From Takakia lepidozioides (lineage: Eukaryota; Plantae; Bryophyta): a DNA stretch of 64,000 bases. The position numbers and the translations under genes were made by a program. Within the stretch, counting starts at the first letter, position 1, and each line of letters begins with the position of its first letter. The stretch is from contig CM060731.1 in the NCBI GenBank assembly GCA_030704615.1, forward strand, positions 58,342,001 through 58,406,000, given 5' to 3'. The notes beneath the pieces are model-generated. The model made no database searches and was not told the origin of the DNA. It saw only the letters and a program-made list of their open reading frames with translations. This document shows positions 12,101 through 24,900 of the stretch, one piece after another.

Positions 12101-12741
12101 GAGTTTTGGTTCTGCAGGCACGACATCATGTCGTGTGTGTTCGGCAAGCCCAAGTATGGTGTACAAGGCATGCCTGAACCACCGGCAGTCTGGCCTGTGG
12201 CAAGTGGTACAGATCTTACCCTGGAGGAGGCAGACGCTCTAGGAAGTGCAAGGTTTCGACTGGTGGAGAGGACAGACGTTCCACGAAATCCAATTCCCAA
12301 TCGTCTTCGCCCCGCATACCGGTGGGTGACCCCGCAGCTTGGCCCACCCATCGGTGGGGGAAACTGAAAAGACGGCGGCCACCAACAAAGGCGAACGACA
12401 CCAGGATGGCCAACGCTCTTGCAATGCCCTGCATAGTGCAAGGTTGCAGGGATGTTCCTCACCCCGGGATGGGGCGCATATTTCAGTTGTCAACAGCCGG
12501 GTCTGCTGCGCGCAGTGTCGTGTATGCAATCACGGTTTCACAGTACCCAGCTTGCAACTGTGAGGACTTCCTTGTTATGGAATCGAAGAATGCAGCATAC
12601 GTCCCCTGCAAACACCTTTATTACATTTTTATGAAGCGCATGAGTTGCATATCCGTAGTGGACGTCTTCATCCATGCTCCAACACTGAGTTTCAAGGAGC
12701 TGCACAAGGCCCTACGGCAGGATACTGGTCGGACTGCTTGA
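9172..12741 (+). pseudogene. MULE-type DDE transposase with N-terminal Cys/His (GCM/WRKY-like) region and C-terminal SWIM finger
   Basis: VMFDH (D1), FMADNAQA (D2), SCGFH (CxxH), PTTNMAES (E), CNCEDF...PCKH (SWIM). In-frame TAG at 10342-10344, intron 11257-11342, frameshifts near 11410-11660 and 12360. Confidence 0.88.
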
Positions 12742-13422
12742 CATTCCACATTCGGGAAGGAGAAAGTGGCAATTATATTACATTCATCTTCTTGCACCCT
12801 ATTTTTTTGTGAGGAATTATACACTTGGTGGTGCCGCATCGCCATGGCTACATGTGAATTTGGTGCCGCAATACATGAGAATGTGGTTTTTGGCCATGAA
12901 TGGCATGCGCATGCTTTTTTTATTTTGGTTGTCTACAAATGGATCCGAGTAAAGCATACATTGTGTGGAGATTAACGGGCATTGGGCCTATTTCAGCGCC
13001 ATTTATGGTCTGTGTACTGCATAGTGCTTCCTTGTTACTGCTCTTCCTTCAATTTGTAGTGATTTCGCAGCCCATCCTGGCGTTTTCGTCCACCTTTATG
13101 AGAAGACTCCAATTTGCTACAAATACATTGTTACTGTTCTGCAAATGTGATGCCTTTACAAGATTGCTAGTTCTGTGTCCCAGTGGGAAGGGTCCTACTG
13201 CACATTCCAGCATTTGCATACTGCACCTTGTGCAAACAGCAATCCATACGACAAAGGACACGTCCCAGCATACTGGCAGTGAATTGCAAAAAACCTTAAC
13301 AGAAGATTATCGAAGCATGTATATTCCCCATATGGCACAGGGAAGCTGCTTGATTTCTGAATGAAAATGTATGTGCCATGAGTGCCAGCGAGTTGAAACA
13401 TGTCTACTCTAGCATGCAAGAC

Positions 13423-13916
13423 CTATGGTCCCCTCGCCCAAGAAGAAGGAACTCGAACTGGCCTCTCAAGGACCTCCTCAGTGACCGGGTGCCTATATTT
13501 GAACAAAATGTCAGTGGTTTCTGTCGCCCGGTTGAAACTAACGAGGATGTCGTGTTTATCGATAGCGCCCCCTTGGTAGAAGGACATTTTCACAGTGGGC
13601 CCTGTGTTCCCCTCCTCCTCATCCTCATAACTGAAGAGAATGTCCCCACTTTCCGAGCCAGTCCGTCCACGCGTAAAGTTTTCACCTATGCACTCATCAT
13701 ACGTCCACTCGCAACAATTCCAGCGATACAGCAACGCTGTGCGTGATCTGTTCGGCTCCCACACATTCGGAAAGTCCAGGTCCATGATGCGTAGGAACCA
13801 CCTGCTCCCCAGCCGGGGTCCAGGAGAATCGTGCAATCCTGCAAGAAACTCCATTGCTCTCAGCTGGACAAGTCGAGGATCGTCCCTGTAAACATCCAGG
13901 AAGACAATGATGTCGT
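13423..13916 (-). CDS. Third accessory ORF/exon of element A, convergent with the transposase, unknown function
   Basis: Open frame of ~165 codons after a candidate acceptor (gcag|ACGACATC): DIIVFLDVYRDDPRLVQLRAMEFLAGLHD...WARGP*. No recognised motif. Confidence 0.45.
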
Positions 13917-14079
13917 CTGCTTTCTAGAAAATGACTCCCGTCTGGCGTCGATAGATGTGATTCGGGCACGACATGGCCTCACGACACAGCACAAACTCAA
14001 AGCAGGGAGGAGATGGGCACAACAGAGAAGAGTGAAGAGCAAGGCCTCCCTCACCGTAAGGCGGGTATTTGCTCTCCGA

Positions 14080-14555
14080 CGCCCAATTTCGGCGCCGTTA
14101 TTACATGGAGTGCGGAAGCTTCAGCCGAGAATTTTGTTTCCGCAGGTCAATTTCGGCGCCGTTATTGGTTGCAATCCCCAGCCTTCAGCCGGGTATTTGG
14201 TTTCCGGACCCAATTTCGGCGCCGTTATCGGCTGCACTCCGGTGGCTTCAGCCGAGTATTTGGTTTCCGGGGCCCATTTCGGCGCCGTTATCGCCTGCAC
14301 TCCGGAGGATGCAGCCGGGTATTTGGTTGGCAGAGCCCAATTACTTTCACCGTTGTTGGCTTCACTCTCGAGCCTTCAGCCCGCTATTTCTTTTCCTGTG
14401 CCCAATTACGGCGTCGTTATACCCAACCATCCTGCACTTCTGCAATAGTACTATCCACGGTTATAGGTCGCCATTGCGTTTTCGGAGTCTGCAAACCCGG
14501 ATCCTAATTCCGCTTGCGTCTCTGCCTCTGGGATAATTTTGGTGTCGTTATTGCC
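14080..14555. repeat. ~63-bp tandem repeat carrying the ATTTCGGCGCCG(TTAT) palindrome variant near right end of element A
   Basis: Copies start at 14086, 14150, 14213, 14276, ~14405, ~14536. Confidence 0.85.
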
Positions 14556-14812
14556 CAGAATTCAGTTATTCTATGACCTGGCCTGGCGGTCCATGAGCCT
14601 GGGCTCCAAGTCATGAGCGTACACTGGTACTCATGAGCGGAGTGCTTCCAGCATGAGTGTGGAAATCTTCGATTTTTGATTATTTTATAGTTTTTGGCCC
14701 GAAAAAAATCTGCTGAAATTCGAAGTGTGTTACTTTGCGGCTCATGGGTTAGCCATGCCCGCTCATGAGCTCATGAGCTCACCGCTCATGAGCTCATGGA
14801 ATAGCAACCCCC

Positions 14813-17800
14813 TTTAATTTACCTTCATCAAACTGGTCCTTCCTCTTCATCTGAATTCTGGTCATGCTATCAGCTGCATCGGCACGTTCTTCTTCCACAT
14901 GGTATAATTCATGTTTCCTGACCTTAATTGAATCTTCCAATTCCATTCTCCTCCCCCATTCAGTTCTCATGGTAGGTAACAAGAATTCCACTGGAAGTAA
15001 AGCTTCCATACCATAAACTAATTGGAATGGTGTATACTTAGTGGTGACTTTATATGAAGTCCTGTATGACCACAAAGCTGTCAGCAGCTTTGTATCCCAA
15101 TCTGTTCTGTTTGCATTTACTATCTTAGCCAAGATAGTACATAGTATTTTGTTGGTAGCCTCTGCCTGCCCATTACCCTGTGGATAATAAGTTGTACTCT
15201 TCCTATTCACAATCATGAACTCTTTAGTCAATAGTTCAATGGTCTCATTAATGAAGTGACTTCCCTGGTCACTGATAAATTCCAGGGGACAGCCAAATCA
15301 TGTAAGTATGTTCTCATACAGGAACCTTGCTGTGGACTTAGCTATGTTTAGCTTCCACCCACTTTGTAGTATAATCAGTGGCTGTGATTATATACTTGTT
15401 CTGTGTATTCTTGGTTGGTGGGTTAATTGGTCCAACAAAGTCTAGTCCCCATTTCTGAAATGGTTCAGTAGGCATCGTAGGATGCAAAGCCATCTTCCCA
15501 GATCTCTGCAATGGTCCTAGCCTCTGACACTCATCACAACTCTGACAATACTTGTGTACATCTTTGAACAAAGTAGCCACCAGTAACCTGCAAGTAGTAT
15601 CTTTCTACTGGTAGGCTCTTCTCCAAAATGACCTCCAGCCACTCCTTTATGAACTTCCTCCAAAACTTTATTTACTTTATGGTGGTACAAGCAACGTTTA
15701 AGTACTCCATCACGTCCTAGCTTATACATTCTGCCCCCTACCATAGTATAAGGTAAAGCCTTGATAGCAATTCTCTTCCTCTGCTCTTTTCCATAACTAG
15801 GTGGACACTGACCATGAGTAAGGTAGTATCTGATTGGCCACTGCCAATCTAACCAGGCATCTGCACTTCCCTGCACCTCCACTGCAAATAAACTCGCATC
15901 AGGTAATTGGTTGTCTACTCCTGTGGCGGGCTCTCCTGTTGATAGGCGTGACAAGTGATCTGCCACAAGATGCAAACGGCCAGGCTTATAAACAACTTCG
16001 AACTCAAACTCGTGCAAGATTATTAACCACCTTGCTATCCTTCCACTTATCAAGGGTTTGTTCACCAGATATATCAGAGCCTGGTGATCCACGTAAAACA
16101 TAAACTTTCTTCCCAATAGGTAATGCCTGAATATCTTGACTGCATAAATCATTGCCAGTGCTTCTCTTTCAGTTGTGCTATAGTTCCTTTCAGCACTGTT
16201 CATCAACCTGCTAGCATAGTACACAGGTGAATCTATATTTCCTGTAACATTTTGGGCTAACCTGCTCCCAACGCTTCTCCTGAGGCATTACAGTGAACAT
16301 GAAATACTACATGCCAATGAGGGTTAATCAGCACAGGTGTAGTTGTTACTGACAATGTAAGTTCCTCAAAAGCCTGTTGACATTCAGCTGTCCATGCAAA
16401 CACTACATCTTTCTTCAGAAGCTTGCTCAATGGTGCTGCTCTCTGTGCATATCGTCTGACAAATCTTCTGTAATAACTAGTTTGTCCAAGGAATCTCCGT
16501 AGACTTTTAACATTTACTGGTGGTGGAGAGGCTTTAATGGCCTCTGTCTTTCTGGGATCCACAAGTAGTCCCCTCTTACACACAATGTGTCCCAAGAGCA
16601 CCCCTGAGTTCACACAGAAAGTACACTTCTCTGGATTCAGGCCCAGACCTCTCATCCTACATCTGGCCAAACATAACTCCAATTTATGCAAGTGCTCATT
16701 CTTAGAGCTGTACACACTAAAATCATCCAAGAACACCTGCATGAAATCATCCAGATACTCATGAAAAGATTCACTTATCACTCTCTGAAAGGTTGCTGGT
16801 GCATTACAAAGTCCAAAAGGCATGACTTTGTATACATAAGCACCCCAGTCTGTGATGAAAGTTGTCTTTCCCTGGTCTTCTTCTGCCACTTGCACTTGAT
16901 TATAACCACTGAAGCCATCCATGAATGAGTACATCTCATGGCCTGCCACAGTGTCCAATACCGCTTCTGTGAATGCCAAAGGGCAAGGATCTTTCTTCGT
17001 GCAAGCATTCAACTTCTTATAGTTCACACAAACTCTCAGTTTACCATTCTTCTTGGGAACTATCACAATGGGTGACAACCAAGTTGTATACTCTATCGGG
17101 TATATAAACTTAGCCTCAACCAACTTCTTGATCTCTTCTCCAACCTTCTGTGCATAGTTGGGATTCATTCTGTACCTTGCCTGTTTGATTGGTATTGACC
17201 CTGGTTCCGGTTCAATCTTATGCAAACAGATCTCAAGTGGTATCCCTTTTAGATCCTCGTAGCTCCAAGCAAATACATCTCTATATTTGATGAACAAACT
17301 CTTAGCTTCCTCAAAGAATTATGGCTCCAAATCAGCCCCTACCTTCATCATCCTCGGTTCATCTTCCGTTCCCACATTCACTTCTTTCACCTGCTCATCA
17401 GCTGTGATTGTCCAACCAGTCACCACTTCATCCTGTAAACTCATAGTGGCTGGTTCCTCTAGGATTTCCATTTCTCCCTCTCTTTCTTCATAGAAATGTG
17501 GTGGGTAACTGCTTGTTTCACCTTCAATTGGTGTTGCTGTCACTACACCACAGCAGATACTTTTTAAATCTCGTCATGGAATACCCTGGCCTGTTTCAGC
17601 CACGGTCGTCCCAACAATAAGGAGTAAGCTTCCATGACTTCATCCATTTTCAACATAGTTACTGTGATCATAAAGATCATTTTTAGAATCTGTATCTTAA
17701 CTCCTCTTATCAATCCCAATGGCTGTACACTTCTTTGATCTGCCATTGTTACTATAAATGGGGCTGGTTTCATGTTACTTAGACCAAGCTTCTGCCTTAA

Positions 17801-18040
17801 TTGGTTTGTCATGATATTCACTCCAGAACCTCCATCAATCAGTACATCAGTTAGTTCTGTGCTTCCAATTCTCAATTGGATTATTGGCATAGAATCATCA
17901 AAGTCCATGACTGTTTCCTGCCCTTCCGGCTTCACATTATAACTGGTCACCTTGCTGTTCAGGTCTGTGTTCCCTGTCACATGGGCAATTCGATTGATTG
18001 CTTGATACAGCCTGTGTTTACAATAAGGTGCCACAGCCAA
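14813..18040 (-). pseudogene. pol: G1 pol: aspartic protease, reverse transcriptase, RNase H, integrase core (frameshifted)
   Basis: LIDGGSGVNIM (PR); MPFGLCNAPATFQR and FLDD (RT); YYASR...YSTTEREALA...DHQAL (RNaseH); H...GHFG...[22 protein letters not shown] (IN). Confidence 0.95.
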
Positions 18041-18143
18041 TAGTTGTCCAATGGTAATCTCCGCTTTGGACTGACATATTACTTAAGCCAAAGTCCCTTC
18101 ATTACTCTGCATGTCTGCAGCTTCTTCTTCCCTTCATCCTCAC

Positions 18144-20326
18144 TCACTTCCTCTTCTCTTTCAGAATCAGAGGAATGTTAGGAATATCAGTACTCTTCTG
18201 CATTTCCCTTATGGTATCTGTCACTTCCTTGTGCAGTTCCTTCTCATCTCTCCAAGCCTCATCATTTTTAGGCACATCACTGCCATCTTCATTATCATCA
18301 TCTTCCTCATCTATTGGAGGTATTAATTTAGCTTTGCTTCTGGTTACTATCATTGTACTCACTTTTGGTACAACACATGGCCTAACCATGTGAGCTGCCA
18401 CCACTGGGCCCTCATTCACAGGAGCTCTCATCTCATTCTGGTGTCTAATCCAGAATGAACAGGCTGCCTTGCGATGTCCTGCCTGATTACAATAGTAACA
18501 CAGTTCTTCACCATTGGGTCCTCGCCCTTGGTCTGCTCTAGGATTATTTCTGTAATCCTGATTCCCTGGCTGGTAATTCCCCCTTATATTACCCTGATAG
18601 TTGCCCCTGGAATTTCCTTGGTAATTCCCTCTTGGATTACCTCTCCCTTCCATACCATTGTTATAACCACCAGGCCTACCATAGTGGTCCTGATCACTGT
18701 TTCTTCTTGGCTGGGGCTGCACTTGATGCACCCTTACTTGCATAGGTTCTCTTGCAGCTGTCCTTCTGTTGTAGTAACAATTCTCAGTAGAATGGTTATC
18801 CATTTTACAGATAGTACAATGTTTCTCCTTCATGTGGCATTCAGTGGTGGTATGGCCTTCATTCTGGCACTTTGCACACCAAACACCCTTCCTCCAATGT
18901 GTTGCAGCCTCTATGGCATACTTCTTCAAGATTTCTTCTAATCTTTTCTCATAGTTATCCCTCTTCAACTTTTCCTTCCTCTTACTCTTCATTTTCAACT
19001 CTTGCTCTTCTTCCTCATCTGACTCATCCTCAGAGTCCTCATCATCCCTTTTCTCTCTCCTGAGCATTCCCAATTGCTCAATTCTATTTGCTGTTTCAAA
19101 TGCCTCCTCCACTGTATTATGGGGTAACATATCCACTTTCTTTTGCAACTCCGGTCTTAGTCCACTCACAAACCAAGTCTTCTGTAAACCTGGTGCTGGT
19201 ACTGCAGCCAGCTTTTTCATCTCAATTCCATCTTTTCCATATACTCCTCAACAGTTTCATGTTTCTTTTGCTTTAACTGTTGTAAACTTCCATACACTTC
19301 ATCCTCAGTTTTACTTGTCCTGAACCTATTTCGGAATGCTGTATTCAAGCCATTCCAGGTTAGGAAATGATTATCAGGGAATCTTGCATACCATTCATTT
19401 GCTTTCTTTATAAGTGAACAAGGAAACAGTCTCATCTTGGCATCATCGCCATTCTCATTGTTCACAATACACATGTGCTCAAATTGGCTAATGTGTACAT
19501 CAGGATCCCCTTTCCCTGAATATATTGGAAAATGTGGTTTTGCCCGTGTTGGTTGCAACGCCATCTGTGGCCCTACCTTCTGTCCACTGATAGATGTTGG
19601 CCCCCTTGCTGGTGCTGGTCCTTGAGGACCTGTTGTAGTTGTGGTGGAACTTCCACCAAGTGCAGGCCCTTGAGCACTCCCTACTACTGGCCCCACTATA
19701 TTCACAGTATTCCCAGCTCCAGTTGCACTACTTCCCACACTCCCTGTCCCCCCAGAGCCAGATCCAGGCTGCCCGCCTGATCCCCCTGAACCGACACCTT
19801 CGTTGGCCTGTGATCCAAGTGCTCCACTTGATCCAGGTCCAACGGGTTGGGATGTCCTGGTTGTAGTCTCAACCTCAGCTGTTGGGTCTACTTCTTCATT
19901 CATGTAACTCAACTGCAATGGTGTTGGAGAGTCTGAACTCTCCGTTGGCTCTGCCACATCCTCTCCTCCTTCTTCGTCTTCCGTCTCAGAAACTGGAGTT
20001 CTTGCTTTTGGTGTTCCATGCCAACTCTTATCAAAGATTTCTGTCAAATCTTTTATCCAGGGATGTACCTCAGATCTTTCACCTCGTGGTTGATCTTCTT
20101 CATGTACCAATTCCCTTAATCTTTCTTGCAAAGAAAAAGAAGGAGTGACATCCAACTCTAGTTCTTCCGGTATGGGTGATGTACTCTCTGATCTTAATGG
20201 TGTAAGAGGTCCAGATGATTCCCCTATGTCTATTCCTTTCTCCCAAAGATATGGATAATTAGCTTTCAGATAACTTTCTCTTTTTGCTGAATATCTCTGG
20301 AGTATAGCTTCTTTTTCATCACTCAT
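18144..20326 (-). pseudogene. gag: G1 gag with three CCHC zinc knuckles (frameshift near 19218)
   Basis: YSGKGDPDVHISQFE...LFPCSL..KANEWY...LKQKKHETVEEY; CAKCQNEGHTTTEC, CTICKMDNHSTENC, CYYCNQAGHRKAAC. Confidence 0.9.
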
Positions 20327-20361
20327 GTCCCATGTCTTTCATTTCTTTGATATGGCAATAA

Positions 20362-20910
20362 TCAAAACTCTCTTCTGTAGTATCTCTCGTATATGCCTGG
20401 GTTTCTTTCAAGCTTCAATGCACCCTTGGCTATACTAGAAGTCTTCGTTACCATATAACCATATGGCAAACAAGTCTGGAAAGCTGTTCTTGGTGTGAGT
20501 TTGATCCACAAAATATCCTTTGGAATCCAATTCTTTACTAGTACAAGCTCCTCATGCATATGAGTATAAACATTCACCTTCCTTTCCTCCCAGCCTTCAA
20601 ACTCTACTCGCTTAATGGATAGCAATGCTATCACATAAACCAGTGTTGGTAACCAACGTGCTCTTCCTCTACAGGCCACCTGATAAATCTTTATCACTCC
20701 TTTCTCCAGACCCCACTCAGGGTCAGCATCATGCACTCTCTTAAGAATGTTTTCTTTACAACCGTCTGGCAATTCCAAGAACCTCTGAAAGAATTGTTTG
20801 GACAATCTTTCATTCTCGGTTTCACAGGGAATTTGATTCACATCCAATTCTTTAATTCTCCAACCACCATGATCCCACCAGATGCCTGTCACATCTGGTT
20901 GTTCATGACC
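20362..20910 (-). CDS. Extra ORF between PBS and gag of G1, unknown function
   Basis: Stop-free frame of ~180 codons with globular-looking composition, ending 35 nt before the gag ATG. Confidence 0.45.
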   Translation of the reverse strand, partial: GHEQPDVTGIWWDHGGWRIKELDVNQIPCETENERLSKQFFQRFLELPDGCKENILKRVHDADPEWGLEKGVIKIYQVACRGRARWLPTLVYVIALLSIKRVEFEGWEERKVNVYTHMHEELVLVKNWIPKDILWIKLTPRTAFQTCLPYGYMVTKTSSIAKGALKLERNPGIYERYYRREF

Positions 20911-20914
20911 CAGT

Positions 20915-20934
20915 TCCCCAATATGGTCGCCAAA
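20915..20934 (-). promoter_or_regulatory. Primer binding site of G1
   Basis: TT-TGGCGACCATATTGGGGA immediately follows the LTR end ...CCGACA on the minus strand. Confidence 0.7.
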
Positions 20935-21938
20935 TGTCGGACGGCTTTTACTCACCCATCCCTTCGCTATCCGAGGTGGAAACTCCAAGATAGAAGAGTT
21001 GGATATCTCTAAGCACTCAGCCCGCTCAGAACAATCAGTCAGACCTGCAGCTAGTGAATCATGGTTGTGCTTCCTATTTGTATTCCTTCTTGCCTTCATG
21101 TTATCAATTTACCCTTCCGTGTATACTGAAGCATCAAATTGCTTCAGTATCTACTAGGTTCCAGTTAATCATGCATTCATTCCACAACTTCACTCATGTC
21201 TCTCTACACAATGTGATTGTATCGAATAAGTATCAGATTATGATTTATCAGGTATCAGGCCAATGCCATGGTGACACTAATCTGCCCTACAATATCACTA
21301 CAGCTTTGCATGTACAAGCATCTACGGGGGTTGTTATTCCATATGCACAGGTTGCGTGCATGCATGCACAAAATCCCTTATTATATATGCATGTGACAAA
21401 TTTGTATGCACACATTGTAGATTGTATGCAGTGGAGTTATATAACATAGAATACGACGTATTTATTGCATATGCAAATGTTACATCATATGTATATAGAA
21501 AAAAATAAAATAAAAATCTTAGCTAACAAAATCAGTAGTCAATGGTCAAAGATGCATGTGACCACTAACTCCAACTAATGCACCACCTTAAACTGAAGAG
21601 AATACAAGATCCCTTGCCAAAGTAATAGTTTGCAAACTTGTATTCAAGGAAAACAGTTTCATATTAACCAAAATATGAACTTTTGTACTAACAAATGCAT
21701 ATGTGTCATGTTTGGAACCACCACATTGCATGTCTGTTTGTAATGCCAAGCAGTTCTATAATTTGAAAACTTGTATGACAGGTACACAAGTTCCATTTTA
21801 ACCAAAATAGGAACTTCTGTACTAACAAATGCTATGTGTCATGTTTGGAATAAAGTAGTAACAAGATAATTACATGTCACATGCATGAAAATGAACGGCA
21901 CAAGTTAGAGGTTCTTTTTTTGTGCATTTCATGTGTCA

Positions 21939-24900
21939 CTAAGAAGTTGAACTAGGGTCCTTCTTTAGCATAGCCCTAACCTCTAACTGGCTAAGGGAAG
22001 GTTGGTGGATCTCATAAGCCCCGGCGCATCCTAGATGCACGTTGTACATGAAGTACATGTGCTTACAAGGTAGATATGTTTGTTTTTTCTTCTTGACAGA
22101 TAGCTCATCAAAGTCGGGACAATCACAAGATGGAAACTGACCAATGTATACATTGTAAACCAATCCTGCTCTGGTAGATCCCTCTGTTTGTAGCTGGTAA
22201 ATTCTCCCATAACCTGGCTGAGGCACGTTTCTGAATCCACGAACCTCAGCAATAAGAGTCTCCGCTGACTCTTGGCGACTCAAGTGTCGAGGAGTCGGAT
22301 CCCGATGCCGAATGCGCACCCCATAGCGTATAGTGGGATACTTACCCACAGGAAGGACAACACCTTGATGAATATGTTGTTCCACTGGAAGTGGTCCCCC
22401 AGGAAAGTTCGGATCAGGAACGTTGGGAGGATGGACTAGTCGAAAACCTGCAAGGGTCAAGTTGTCCACCTCTTCTTGTGTAAGGTTGGTTCCAACCTTC
22501 ACAGGCCACACGTTAGGTATACCCGGTTTTCCCAAGCAATAGGATGGCACGGTCCCTCCAACACACGACAAAACATCTGTGGGGCAAAACCAAAAAACTT
22601 GCAGTTTTGGTTCTTTCATGTTCGGTGCTAGTAACTTGCCAGTGAAGCAAGGTGCAGGACTTCCTTTACCTTTCCTGATGAGTGCTTTGCATTTATCTTT
22701 GGAAACTCCAACCAAGGTAGAACAACGAACCATGGAAGTAGGACCTGTCCGCTAAATCCTGAACAATGCATCGGAAAAGTCTTGTGTCTCTCTCACTGGA
22801 TTTCCCCATTGCATTGGCTGAGGAGGGATAGCAACATGTGGATTTGTCTCACAGAAAGTTGAAGAACCAGGAATGTCATGACTTGATTTGGAGCTGACAA
22901 ACCTAGATGGCTGGTGTGGACTGGGCATCCCAGTGGCGCGCACTGGAACAGTCTTTACATTCATATCACACCTCCAAGATTCGTTTGGCCCACCATGCTC
23001 ATCGCCTAACTTGCGTTTGACTGGAATAGTGCGATTGTCTCCCTCCAATTGAACCCCCCTTGTGTGCATGGGTGTTCTAGCTACTATGCCACGTACAACC
23101 TTACCCATTTTTGCTGGGCTATTAGATCTAGCTGCTTGACGCAACATGAGCTCCTCTTTGTCGGGCCCCGTCCCCCATGTCTTTCCTGTGGTGTGCCTGT
23201 AAAATGTTGCCTGCTGCAAAAGAGCTCGTGACATGTCATGCATGGTGGCCTCATATAGATCCACCTTCATTTTTTTCCCATTGCCTGCTGTCTTCCACCA
23301 AGCAGAATGGACTGCCTCAGACAAATTAGTGGTAGGCATATTTGCATCTGCCTCCACATCCATGTCCTCTCTCATCCATTGGCCCCACATTCGATATCTG
23401 TAGTGCCACCATGCAAGCCATGAATCCAGTTTTGGCAGACTCTTTTCTGTGCATGCTCCTGAAGAGAGCCACCAAGCCCGAATTGCAATGTATGTGGTTG
23501 TAGCATCCTCCAAGGTAGCACTATCTTTCCATTCATAACAGAGCCGAGTGTGCCTTTCACGGAAGTCCTCCAAGATATAGTCATTGGTGTGTCTTCGGAG
23601 GCTTTCAGCCCAATGATATAAACATGTTCTTTCTTTACCTTCCATCGGGACATTGGGATCAGATCCATAAACCCTTCAAACAGTAGCCCAATTCGCTCCT
23701 GCTGCATCCGCCATGAAGCCAGCAAAATTTGGTTTGTTCAAGCCAGCAAGTTTTGCTTGTTCATTGATCATCTCCCAGAATAACACCTGAGCATCTGCAT
23801 CCTCTGTTTTCATATCACAAATGGCAATGGTCATCATTTGCTTGACATATGGTTCATAGACATGACACGCAAGAGTTGTCCAATCCTTGATGCGTTTGAC
23901 ATGGTCAAATACTACCCAACTTGTGCGTAGATCCCCCTCACTCATGCGACGCACAAGATCAACACCACTCCCGGGACCAGCAACAGACATCTTGAAAACA
24001 TGGGGGAGATGAGAAGTATGCTGGCCTGGAAGGAGATTGCTGTGAATGAAATGGTATGTACTCAGACACTTCAACTCCAATATGGACATGATGGAATTGA
24101 CACGTGCAGATGCGACCTTGTTTTTCACATTGGGGCTACAAACATGGGCAAACTCTTCAAGAATATCTTCCAAAGCCTCTCCCTCAAGACGTACTGTCTC
24201 TGTGCCATCAGCCACAAGAACTCGATCAATCAAGAGCTTTTGGGCCATTGACAAGGAAATAGCTCCCGGGGTCGACCATGGCTTCATCTTAACGTGCTCT
24301 TGAATCATGCTTGATGCATTTTCCGCAGCCTCTCTATTCTCGCCCTTGGCACATGGATGGTTATGAAACCCAACGTGAACTGCAACACGTGTATATGTTG
24401 GAAAGGAACTTGTGACATAGTACATTCTTGCCCCACAATGCGCCTCACAGAAAGGTCTTTCTTTGCAGAAACTACACTTGAACTGGTTGAATGGAACTTG
24501 GGCTCCTGCAATGAACACCTTGTCTGCATTGCCTTCCCAATAGCGGTCATTCCGTTCTCCTTCTTTCTTGAAGAAGGGGCAAGTGCTGCTTTGACATATG
24601 AGCTTTCCAACACAAAGAACCTTACTACATTTCACATGATCTGGAACACCAGACATATTGTAGGTATTGGTCTTGCACCAAGGATGACCATCAAACTTGC
24701 GGTCCATGCCTTGGAGGGACTGTGAACCACGGTCCGTACGTAGTTTGACCACGGGGGGGAGTTCGTGGATCACTTTTCCATCAAAAGCTCGAGGAAGACA
24801 CCGAACACGATGCACTGGAATGTGACTATAGTCCAAGGTAGAAAGCTCTCCTTTTGATCCATTCCTCCGAGCAGTGGCCAAGATACTCAAAATGGACAAT

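Larger units (their letters stand above)
1001..14812 (+). mobile_element. Mutator-like (MULE) DNA transposon A, 13.8 kb, carrying transposase, ParB-methyltransferase-like gene and a third ORF
   Basis: 9-bp TSD TTTAATTTA at 992-1000 and 14813-14821. Imperfect TIR GAGGTTTACTATTTCATGAG vs GGGGGTTGCTATTCCATGAG (reverse complement of right end). CATGAG subterminal repeats at both ends. DDE/CxxH/SWIM transposase. Confidence 0.92.

Noticed and set aside
14013-14536. ORFs with repeated FRRR/ISAP/NFGA peptides (also 7170-9110)
   Set aside because: Translations of the palindrome arrays; no coding signal.
1001-14812. Bacterial or phage contamination suggested by ParB and amino-MTase motifs
   Set aside because: The genes have conserved GT-AG introns and sit inside TSD-flanked elements nested in a plant Gypsy whose ORF is restored on removal.
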